Positions 6,773 to 14,092 of a DNA stretch of 20,238 nucleotides are shown here, one piece after another (position 1 is the stretch's first letter; each line of letters opens with the position of its first letter). Below the pieces are notes generated by a model, which was not told the DNA's origin, did no database searches, and was given only the letters and a program-made list of their open reading frames with translations. Both the position numbers and the translations under genes were made by a program. This DNA comes from Myxococcales bacterium (GTDB lineage: Bacteria; Myxococcota; Myxococcia; Myxococcales; Anaeromyxobacteraceae). Location of the stretch: assembly GCA_038320275.1 (NCBI GenBank), contig JBBQEB010000060.1, positions 1 through 20,238 of the forward strand. Direction: 5' to 3'.

Positions 6773-8263
6773 ATGGCAGACCTGAAGAACATGACGATCG
6801 ACGCGCTGCGCGACCTCGCGCGGAAGGTGCTCGGGAGAGGACACTCCCGGCTCGAGACGAAGGGTGACCTCGTCCAGGCGCTGCAGGGCGCTGAAAAGAA
6901 CGTGACGCAGGCGGCGGGCAAGGCTGCGGCGCGGGCGAAGGACGCCGGCGCGCGGGCGGCGAAGGCAACCGGCGATGCGGCGGCTCGGGTGAAGGACGCC
7001 GGCGCGCGGGCGGCAAAGGCAACCGGCGAGGCGGCGGTGCGGGCGAAGGACGCCGGCGGGCGCGCGGCCAAGGCAACGGGCGAGGCGGCGGCGCGGGTGA
7101 AGGACGCCGGCGGGCGCGCGGCCAAGGCGACGGGCGATGCGGCGGCGCGGGTGAAGGACGCCGGCGGGCGCGCGGCGAAGGCGACGGGCGATGCGGCGGC
7201 GCGGGTGAAGAACGCCGGCGGGCGCGCGGCCAAGGCGACGGGCGAGGCAGCGGCGCGGGTGAAGGACGCCGGTGGGCGCGCGGCGAAGGTCACCGGCAAG
7301 GCGATGGACGCCGTGCGCGAAGGGGCGGGCGTGGGGCGTGAGATTGCGACCGGGGCCGCGCGCGTCCTGGTCGCGACGGCGATGACGGCGCAAGCGGTGG
7401 TCGAGACCGTCCAGAAGAGCGCTGCCGCCACCAAGGCCCGTAAGAAGAGGGAAGAGGAGGAGCCCGGCGCGGACGAAGGGGAGGCCGCCGGCTCTGCGGG
7501 GGAGGCAGGCTCGGAAGGCCACATGATCGCGCGCATCGCTGGGGAAGCGGCCGCGCAGAACGCGCCGCACCCCATGACGGAAGACTCGCTCCCGGCGACC
7601 CGTGCCGAGCGGCGGAGCGTCGCGCCCGCTCCCGTGTACGAGGAGCACCTCGGCGAGCTCCCGCCAAGCTATGGCGACGACGCGCTGGTGGCGCTGCCGT
7701 GCGATCCCACCACGCTGTACGTCTACTGGGACCACGCCGACGCCACGCTGCGCTCGGCCTGGCAGGGCCTCGAGGGCGGGCGCCCGCAGATCTGGGTGTT
7801 CGGCCGGGAGGCCGACGGGGGCTGGACGCGGATCCGCACGGTGGACTTCGCGCTGGAGTCGCGCAGCTACTTCGTCCACGACCTCGACCCAGGGAGGATC
7901 TACCGCGCAGAGATCCACCTGGTGGACCGGCAAGGCAACGACCGGATGCTCCCGAATCCGTCCAACGAGATGATGCTGCCTCCGGCCGGCCCTTCTCCGG
8001 TGGTGAACGATCGCTTCATGCGCATCCTCTGGGCGGAGCCTCTCCAGGCGGTCCTCCGGGAGGACCGCGCCGGAGGCTCGTTCTCGGAGGAGATCCGCGC
8101 ACAGCTCGCGCGCCTCTCCGACTGGACGCGTTTCACCGGGCGCGCATGGGGCGGCAGCGCAGGGGGCATGGGGGGACGGCCCTCCTCGCCAGGCGCGCCG
8201 ACGTCGCCCACCGCCTCTTCGCCAGCTGCCCCCTGGGGCTGGTACGACGGCGGGGAGAGCTAG
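6773..8263 (+). CDS. DUF4912-like protein with N-terminal Rho_N-like helical domain and Ala/Lys/Arg-rich tandem repeats (496 aa)
   Basis: N-terminus MADLKNMTIDALRDLARKVLGRGHSRLETKGDLVQAL resembles Rho_N/HeH. The C-half LGELPPSYGDDALVALPCDPTTLYVYWD matches the remembered DUF4912 start motif. Ser/Pro-rich tail. SD-like sequence before ATG 6773. Confidence 0.8.
   Translation: MADLKNMTIDALRDLARKVLGRGHSRLETKGDLVQALQGAEKNVTQAAGKAAARAKDAGARAAKATGDAAARVKDAGARAAKATGEAAVRAKDAGGRAAKATGEAAARVKDAGGRAAKATGDAAARVKDAGGRAAKATGDAAARVKNAGGRAAKATGEAAARVKDAGGRAAKVTGKAMDAVREGAGVGREIATGAARVLVATAMTAQAVVETVQKSAAATKARKKREEEEPGADEGEAAGSAGEAGSEGHMIARIAGEAAAQNAPHPMTEDSLPATRAERRSVAPAPVYEEHLGELPPSYGDDALVALPCDPTTLYVYWDHADATLRSAWQGLEGGRPQIWVFGREADGGWTRIRTVDFALESRSYFVHDLDPGRIYRAEIHLVDRQGNDRMLPNPSNEMMLPPAGPSPVVNDRFMRILWAEPLQAVLREDRAGGSFSEEIRAQLARLSDWTRFTGRAWGGSAGGMGGRPSSPGAPTSPTASSPAAPWGWYDGGES
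6917..7294 (+). repeat. Coding tandem repeat, 7 x 54 nt (18 aa; consensus G[DE]AAARVKDAGGRAAKAT)
   Basis: GAAG[GA]ACGCCGG recurs at an exact 54-nt period (6937, 6991, 7045, 7099, 7153, 7207, 7261). Differences between units are mostly synonymous or conservative. Confidence 0.97.
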
Positions 8264-9862
8264 ATGCCCCACGACGTCCTGGGTTACCTCTCGATCCACC
8301 TGCACGCGCATCTCCCCTTCGTCCGCCATCCCGAGTTCGACGACTTCCTGGAGGAAGACTGGCTCTACGAGGCCATCAGCGAGACCTACCTCCCGCTCCT
8401 GCGCGTGTTCGACCGCGCGACCGACGAGGGGATCCCGTTCCGCATCTCGCTGACCATGTCGCCGCCGCTCGTCGCCATGCTGCGCGACGAGATGCTCATG
8501 ACGCGCTACGCGCGGCGGATGGAGAAGCTCTGCGAGCTCGCGGCGAAGGAGGTCCACCGCACCCGCAACGACCCCACCTTCCACCCTCTCGCCCTGCACT
8601 ACGAGCGCGAGTTCAAGGAGCTCTCCAGCCTCTTCAACGACCGCTACAAGCGCGACCTCGTCGCCGCCTTCAAGCGGCTCGAGGACGCGGGGCGGCTCGA
8701 GCTCGTGACCTGTGGAGCGACGCACGGCTTTCTGCCGCTCATGCAGATGTACCCGGAGGCGGTCCGCGCGCAGATCAGCGTGGCCGTGGCGCACCATCGG
8801 CGCCACTTCGGGCGCGACCCGGCCGGCATCTGGCTGCCCGAGTGCGGCTACTACCCCGGGCTCGACCGCTTCCTGGCCGAGGCGAACATCCGCTTCTTCT
8901 TCGTCGACACGCACGGGATCACCGACGCCACGCCGCGGCCCCGCTATGGTGTGTACGCGCCGCTCTACACGCCGAGCGGGCCGGCCGCCTTCGGACGGGA
9001 TCCCGAGTCGTCGATGCAGGTCTGGAGCGCCGAGTCGGGCTACCCGGGCGACGCCGACTACCGCGAGTTCTACCGGGACATCGGCTGGGACCTCGACTTC
9101 GACTACGTGAAGGACTACGTGCAGCCCACCGGGCAGCGGAAGAACGTGGGCATCAAGTACTTCCGCATCACCGGAAAGACGGCACACAAGCAGCCGTACG
9201 ATCCGGGTCGCGCCGCCGAGCGGGCCTCCGCGCACGCCGGCAACTTCATGTTCAACCGCGAGCGGCAGATCGAGCACCTCGCCTCGCGCATGGGCGGGGT
9301 CCGGCCCATCGTCGTGTCGCCGTACGACGCAGAGCTCTACGGCCACTGGTGGCACGAGGGGCCGATCTTCATCGACTCGCTCATCCGCAAGGTCGCCTTC
9401 GATCAGCGCACCTTCCGGCTCGCGACGCCGGGCGATTACCTCCGCGAGAACCCCGAGCAGCAGGTCGCGACCCCCCCGCTCTGCTCGTGGGGCGCGGGCG
9501 GCTACGCGGGCGTGTGGCTGGACGGCTCCAACGACTGGATCTACCGCCACCTCCACAAGGCGGCGGAGCGCATGATCGCGCTCGCCAAGGACCATCCAGA
9601 GGCGGAGGGGCTCACCCGGCGCGCGCTCAACCAGGCCGCCCGCGAGCTCCTCCTGGCGCAGTCGTCCGACTGGGCCTTCATCATGAAGACGGGCACCATG
9701 GTGGAGTACGCCATCCGCCGCACCAAGGAGCACCTCCTCCGGTTCACCCGGCTGCACGATCAGGTGCGCGCCGGCCAGATCGACGAGACCTGGCTGGGCT
9801 ATGTGGAGGGCAAGGACAACATCTTCCCGGAGATCGACTGGCGCGTGTACCGGCCGGTGTGA
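8264..9862 (+). CDS. Glycoside hydrolase family 57 protein with DUF1957, probable 1,4-alpha-glucan branching enzyme (532 aa)
   Basis: GH57 conserved regions HLHAHLPFVRH, WLYEAISETYLP, ATHGFLPL, GIWLPECGY (nucleophile Glu), PYDAELYGHWWHEG (acid/base Asp) and AQSSDWAF. SD-like GGGGAGAG upstream. Confidence 0.93.
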   Translation: MPHDVLGYLSIHLHAHLPFVRHPEFDDFLEEDWLYEAISETYLPLLRVFDRATDEGIPFRISLTMSPPLVAMLRDEMLMTRYARRMEKLCELAAKEVHRTRNDPTFHPLALHYEREFKELSSLFNDRYKRDLVAAFKRLEDAGRLELVTCGATHGFLPLMQMYPEAVRAQISVAVAHHRRHFGRDPAGIWLPECGYYPGLDRFLAEANIRFFFVDTHGITDATPRPRYGVYAPLYTPSGPAAFGRDPESSMQVWSAESGYPGDADYREFYRDIGWDLDFDYVKDYVQPTGQRKNVGIKYFRITGKTAHKQPYDPGRAAERASAHAGNFMFNRERQIEHLASRMGGVRPIVVSPYDAELYGHWWHEGPIFIDSLIRKVAFDQRTFRLATPGDYLRENPEQQVATPPLCSWGAGGYAGVWLDGSNDWIYRHLHKAAERMIALAKDHPEAEGLTRRALNQAARELLLAQSSDWAFIMKTGTMVEYAIRRTKEHLLRFTRLHDQVRAGQIDETWLGYVEGKDNIFPEIDWRVYRPV

Positions 9863-9907
9863 TCCCTTTCGCGACGGCGCAGCGCCGGGGCGGTCGAGGC
9901 CCCGCAC

Positions 9908-11449
9908 ATGGCAGAGGAGCTGGGAACCACCGAGCGCGAGATCGTCGCGCAGCGCCTGCGCAAGGCCGACGAGCTGAGGAAGCGCGGCGTGAACCCGTTC
10001 GCGGACGGACACGCTCCCCGCCACCTCGCCGCCGAGATCGCCGCCCGCTACGGCGACGCGCCGCCCGAGATCATCGCCGCCGATCCGGGAAGCTGGTCGG
10101 TGGCTGGGCGCGTGCTGGCGGTGCGGAGCTTCGGGAAGGCTGCCTTCCTGCGCATGGCCGACCGATCCGGCGACATCCAGCTCTGGGTGAAGAAGGACAA
10201 GGTGGGGGACGAGGGGTTCGAGCTCCTCAAGCTGCTCGACGTGGGGGACATCGTCGCCGTGGAAGGGCCCGCCACCCGCACCAAGACGGGCGAGCTCAGC
10301 GTCGAGGCCTCCCGCTTCACCATCCTGACGAAGGCGCTGCGGCCCCTTCCCGAGAAGTGGCACGGGCTCGCCGACGTCGAGGACCGGTATCGCCAGCGCT
10401 ACGTCGACCTCATCGTCACCCCAGGCGTCGCCGAGACGTTCCGGAAGCGGGCGCGCGTCGTGTCCACCATCCGGCGCTTCCTCGACGACCGCGGCTACCT
10501 GGAGGTGGAGACGCCCACCCTCCACAAGCCGGAGGAGGCCGGGGGGGCCGCTGCGCGGCCCTTTGCGACGCACCACAACGCGCTCGACCTCGACCTCAAG
10601 CTCCGCATCGCGACCGAGCTCCACCTCAAGCGCCTGGTGGTGGGGGGGCTCGAGCGCGTCTACGAGATCGGCCGCATCTGGCGCAACGAGGGCATCGACC
10701 GGCGCCACAACCCCGAGTTCACCTCCGTCGAGTTCTACCAGGCGTACGCTACCCACGCGGACCTCATGGCCCTCACCGAGGAGCTGTTCCATCGCCTGGC
10801 GGTCGAGGTCACGGGCGGGCCGGTGGTGACCTTCGCTGGGCAGGCCATCGACCTCACGCCGCCGTACCCGCGCGTCTCGATGCTGGAGGAGGGCGCGCGC
10901 GCGCTGGGGCTCTCGCCGGAGGACGCGCTGGCCGGGAAGGGGCTCGCCCAGGCGGTGGCGGCCGCCGCGGCGCGGGAGAACGACGCAGAGGGCGCGTGGA
11001 AGCTGGAGCAGGCGGCGCGCCGCTCCCCGGGCGAGGCCATCGCCCTCGCCTTCGAGGCGTTCGCCGAGCGCGAGCTGCCCAAGGACCGGCCGGCCTTCGT
11101 GGTCGATTTTCCCATCGAGACGAGCCCCCTCTCTCGCCGCCGCGACTCCGACCCTCGCCTCGTCGACCGCTTCGAGCTCTTCGTGGCGGGCATGGAGATC
11201 GCGAACGCGTTCAGCGAGCTCAACGACCCGGTGGACCAGCGGGCGCGCTTCGAGGCGCAGATGAAGGCCAAGGCCGCTGGCGACGAGGAGGCCATGCCCT
11301 ACGACGAGGACTTCATCCGCGCGCTCGAGCACGGCATGCCGCCCACGGCGGGCGAGGGCATCGGCATCGACCGGCTGACCATGCTCCTCACGGACTCCGC
11401 CTCCGTTCGCGACGTCATCCTCTTTCCCTTGATGAAGAGGGGAGACTGA
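9908..11449 (+). CDS. lysS: Lysine--tRNA ligase, class II (513 aa)
   Basis: OB-fold region (RSFGKAAF, TKTGELSV), LPEKWHGL...RYRQRYVDL, GGAAARPF, motif 2 WRNEGIDRRHNPEFT, EIANAFSELNDP, and motif 3 GMPPTAGEGIGIDRL. Confidence 0.98.
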   Translation: MAEELGTTEREIVAQRLRKADELRKRGVNPFADGHAPRHLAAEIAARYGDAPPEIIAADPGSWSVAGRVLAVRSFGKAAFLRMADRSGDIQLWVKKDKVGDEGFELLKLLDVGDIVAVEGPATRTKTGELSVEASRFTILTKALRPLPEKWHGLADVEDRYRQRYVDLIVTPGVAETFRKRARVVSTIRRFLDDRGYLEVETPTLHKPEEAGGAAARPFATHHNALDLDLKLRIATELHLKRLVVGGLERVYEIGRIWRNEGIDRRHNPEFTSVEFYQAYATHADLMALTEELFHRLAVEVTGGPVVTFAGQAIDLTPPYPRVSMLEEGARALGLSPEDALAGKGLAQAVAAAAARENDAEGAWKLEQAARRSPGEAIALAFEAFAERELPKDRPAFVVDFPIETSPLSRRRDSDPRLVDRFELFVAGMEIANAFSELNDPVDQRARFEAQMKAKAAGDEEAMPYDEDFIRALEHGMPPTAGEGIGIDRLTMLLTDSASVRDVILFPLMKRGD

Positions 11450-13305
11450 GCGAGCCGGTCCCCATTCGGTCGCCGCGCGTCTTCTCAGGACCGACCTTCG
11501 CACTGGCGGTGCTGGGGGTGGTGGGCGCGCCCGTCCTGGCGGCGCTGGGCCAGGTCCTGCTCGCCGACCGCGCCGGGCTGCCGGCCGGGCTCGCCACGGG
11601 CCTCGCGGTGGCCGCGGGCGGGCTGCTCGCCTTCGGCTGCGGCATCGCCGGGGCGGCGGCCGGGCGGCGCATCGGCTTCTACGAGATCGCCTCCGCCACG
11701 CTGCTCCTGCTGGCGCTCCTCTTCGGTCCGCTCCTCCTCGTCCTGCCGCACCTTGGGGCCAGCTCGCTCGCGGTGGCGTCCTGGGAGGCGCAGGGGACGC
11801 TCTTCCTCGTGCTGGGGCTCCTCGCCACCGCCCTGCTCGCCGGGACGGCCGCCTTCGCCGGCGCCGCGCTCGGCTTCCTCCTGCTCGGTTCGGGACGACT
11901 CGACGCATCGCTCTCCTACGAGATCTTCGTCGCCCGCGGGCACCTCCAGCTCGCGCCGCGCACGCTCCTCGCGCTGTTCCTGCTGGTCGTCACCGGCATC
12001 GTTCCCGGGCTGCTGGTGGCCATGGCGACGTCCTACCTGCGCGAGCGGCGCGCGCGCGCAGCCGCCGAGCACGGGGAGCTCGTGCTCCGCCCGCGGATGC
12101 CGGCCACGCTCCTCATGACCCTCATCTCCATCGGCGGCGTCGCCATCGGGGTGTGGGCGCTCACGGTGGTGCTCTCGGTGATGAGCGGCTTCGAGGGCGA
12201 TCTGAAGGCCAAGATCCTCGGCACCCGCTCGCACGGCATGGTGCTGAAGTACGGGCAGAACGACTTCACCGAGTGGAAGAGCGTCCGGCAACAAGTCCTG
12301 GCGGTGCCGGGCATCGTCGGCGCGACGCCCTTCCTCTACAACGAGGTCATGCTGTCGGCGGGGCAGAACCTGACCGGCGCGGTGGTGGAGGGCGTCGACC
12401 CGTCCACCGTCGGGACCGTCATCGACCTGCCCCATGCAATCCAGGAGGGGCGCATCGAGGATCTCTCCCGCCCCATCCCGTCGGAGGGCGGCCAGGCCAA
12501 GGGCAAGGTGCTCCCCGGCCTCGCGATCGGCCGCGAGCTCTCCCGCACGCTGCACGTGGGACTGGGTGACACGGTGAACGTCATCTCGCCCTTCGGCGAT
12601 CTCGGGCCGGCGGGGATGCAGCCCAAGACGAGGCCCTTCCGCGTCGCCGCGATCTTCTTCACCGGCATGTACGAGTACGACTCGAAGTTCGCCTACCTCG
12701 AGCTCTCCGAGGCGCAGCACTTCTTCGGCACGGGCGAGTCGGTGACCGGGCTCGAGGTGAAGGTGAGGAACGTCGATCGGGCGCGGTACATCCTGCGCCA
12801 CGGGGTCCTGCCCGCGCTGGAGGGCTACCCCTACCGCGTGCGCGACTGGGGCGAGGCCAACCGCAGCCTCTTCTCCGCGCTCCTGATGGAGAAGATCGTC
12901 ATGGCGGTGATCCTCGGCTTCATCGTGCTGGTGGCGAGCTTCATCATCGTGGCGACGCTCATCATGCAGGTGCTCGACAAGCGGCGGGAGATCGCGGTGC
13001 TGAAGTCGATGGGCGCCGGCGAGCCGAGCGTGATGAAGATCTTCGTCCTGGAAGGCGTGGTCATCGGCGCGGTGGGCACCGTCTTCGGCCTGTTGCTCGG
13101 CTTCGGGACCTGCCTCCTCATCGCGCGGGTGGGCATCCCGCTCGACCCGGAGGTCTACTACATCTCGAACCTGCCGGTCCGCATGGATCCCACCGAGTTC
13201 GCGCTGGTGGCGCTCCTCGCGCTGGCGCTCTCGTACCTCGCCACCGTCTACCCCGCCAGCAAGGCCTCCAGGCTGGAGCCGGTGGAAGGGCTGCGGGGCG
13301 AGTGA
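11446..13305 (+). CDS. Lipoprotein-releasing ABC transporter permease, LolC/E (LolF-type) family, with extra N-terminal membrane region (about 619 aa; start uncertain)
   Basis: C-terminal part of the 7699..13305 ORF: ISIGGVAIGVWALTVVLSVMSGFE, FFTGMYEYDS, KRREIAVLKSMGA, YYISNLP and YPASKASRLEPVEGLR. Lies directly upstream of lolD. Start proposed at CTG 11446; the first in-frame GTG after lysS is 11509. Confidence 0.88.
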   Translation: MSEPVPIRSPRVFSGPTFALAVLGVVGAPVLAALGQVLLADRAGLPAGLATGLAVAAGGLLAFGCGIAGAAAGRRIGFYEIASATLLLLALLFGPLLLVLPHLGASSLAVASWEAQGTLFLVLGLLATALLAGTAAFAGAALGFLLLGSGRLDASLSYEIFVARGHLQLAPRTLLALFLLVVTGIVPGLLVAMATSYLRERRARAAAEHGELVLRPRMPATLLMTLISIGGVAIGVWALTVVLSVMSGFEGDLKAKILGTRSHGMVLKYGQNDFTEWKSVRQQVLAVPGIVGATPFLYNEVMLSAGQNLTGAVVEGVDPSTVGTVIDLPHAIQEGRIEDLSRPIPSEGGQAKGKVLPGLAIGRELSRTLHVGLGDTVNVISPFGDLGPAGMQPKTRPFRVAAIFFTGMYEYDSKFAYLELSEAQHFFGTGESVTGLEVKVRNVDRARYILRHGVLPALEGYPYRVRDWGEANRSLFSALLMEKIVMAVILGFIVLVASFIIVATLIMQVLDKRREIAVLKSMGAGEPSVMKIFVLEGVVIGAVGTVFGLLLGFGTCLLIARVGIPLDPEVYYISNLPVRMDPTEFALVALLALALSYLATVYPASKASRLEPVEGLRGE

Positions 13306-13997
13306 TGGACGAGGCGCTGCTGTCGGTTCGCGGGCTGGTGAAGACCTACCTCATGGCGGACGACGCCGGCGGGCCTCCGCGGCGCGTGGAGGTGCTGCGC
13401 GGCATCGACCTCGACATCGGGCGCGGCGAGATGGTGGCGCTCACCGGCGCCTCGGGGTCGGGCAAGAGCACCTTCCTCAACGTGGTGGGCGCGCTCGACG
13501 TGCCCACCGCGGGCGAGGTCCGCTTCGACGGCGAGGACGTCTTCGCGCGCGACCCGGCCGGCCTGGCCCGCTTCCGGAACGAGGCGGTGGGCTTCATCTT
13601 CCAGAGTCACCACCTCCTGCCCGAGTTCACCGCCCTCGAGAACGCCATGATGCCGGCGCTCATCCGCCGCGCGCCGCGGGCGGAGGCGCGCCGCGCCGCG
13701 CAGGAGATGCTGGAGCTCGCCGGGCTGGGCGAGCGGATGGGGCACAAGCCGGGGGAGCTCTCCGGCGGCGAGCAGCAGCGGGTGGCGCTCGCCCGCGCGC
13801 TATGCCTGGCGCCGCGCCTGCTCCTCGCCGACGAGCCCACCGGCAATCTCGATCCGGCCACCGCGGAGGGGATCCATCGCCTGCTCACCGAGATCAACGC
13901 GCGGCTCGGCATCACCATGGTGCTCGTCACGCACAACGAGGGGCTCGCCGCCACGCTGCCCAGGCGGCTGCGGCTCGGCGCCGGCCGGCTGGCGTGA
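13305..13997 (+). CDS. lolD: Lipoprotein-releasing ABC transporter ATP-binding protein
   Basis: Walker A GASGSGKST, LolD-type GFIFQSHHLLPEFTALEN, signature LSGGEQQR, Walker B LLADEPTGNLD and VTHN. Start is ATG 13305 or GTG 13302, both overlapping the permease stop. Confidence 0.93.
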   Translation: MDEALLSVRGLVKTYLMADDAGGPPRRVEVLRGIDLDIGRGEMVALTGASGSGKSTFLNVVGALDVPTAGEVRFDGEDVFARDPAGLARFRNEAVGFIFQSHHLLPEFTALENAMMPALIRRAPRAEARRAAQEMLELAGLGERMGHKPGELSGGEQQRVALARALCLAPRLLLADEPTGNLDPATAEGIHRLLTEINARLGITMVLVTHNEGLAATLPRRLRLGAGRLA

Positions 13998-14019
13998 GCG
14001 CGGGAACCGGCCGGACGGC

Positions 14020-14050
14020 AGGGGTTCCGGCCCTCCCTCCCGGAACTCCT
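14020..14050 (+). other. Inverted repeat (11-bp stem with one G-U pair, 9-nt loop) between lolD and bamA
   Basis: AGGGGTTCCGG-ccctccctc-CCGGAACTCCT; no real U-tract follows. Confidence 0.6.
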
Positions 14051-14079
14051 TGAAGCGTGTCGCCCCTCTGCCATACATT
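14050..14079 (+). promoter_or_regulatory. Sigma70-type promoter for the bamA-lpx genes
   Basis: TTGAAG (14050-14055)-N18-TACATT (14074-14079), ending 10-13 nt before GTG 14090/ATG 14093. Confidence 0.6.
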
Positions 14080-14092
14080 GCGCCCCCTCGTG

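Noticed and set aside
6917..7294. CRISPR-like or non-coding repeat array
   Set aside because: Units are contiguous with no unique spacers, the period is a multiple of three, variation is largely synonymous, and no cas genes are present.
7699..11445. Apparent 1868-aa giant protein ending in LolC/E
   Set aside because: The upstream ~1250 codons are the -1 frame of DUF4912, GH57 and lysS. There the G/C-rich third positions become first positions and suppress stops. Only the part from about 11446 looks like real protein.
6758..11908. 1716-aa antisense ORF
   Set aside because: It mirrors three well-supported plus-strand genes that share one frame. The translation is Arg/Gly/Ala-rich with no recognisable motifs, as expected for a shadow ORF at high GC3.
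14042..14070. SigmaE-like GGAACT...TCTG promoter upstream of bamA
   Set aside because: The spacer is about 2 nt too long for the E. coli sigmaE consensus, and the GGAAC is already explained as an arm of the inverted repeat.
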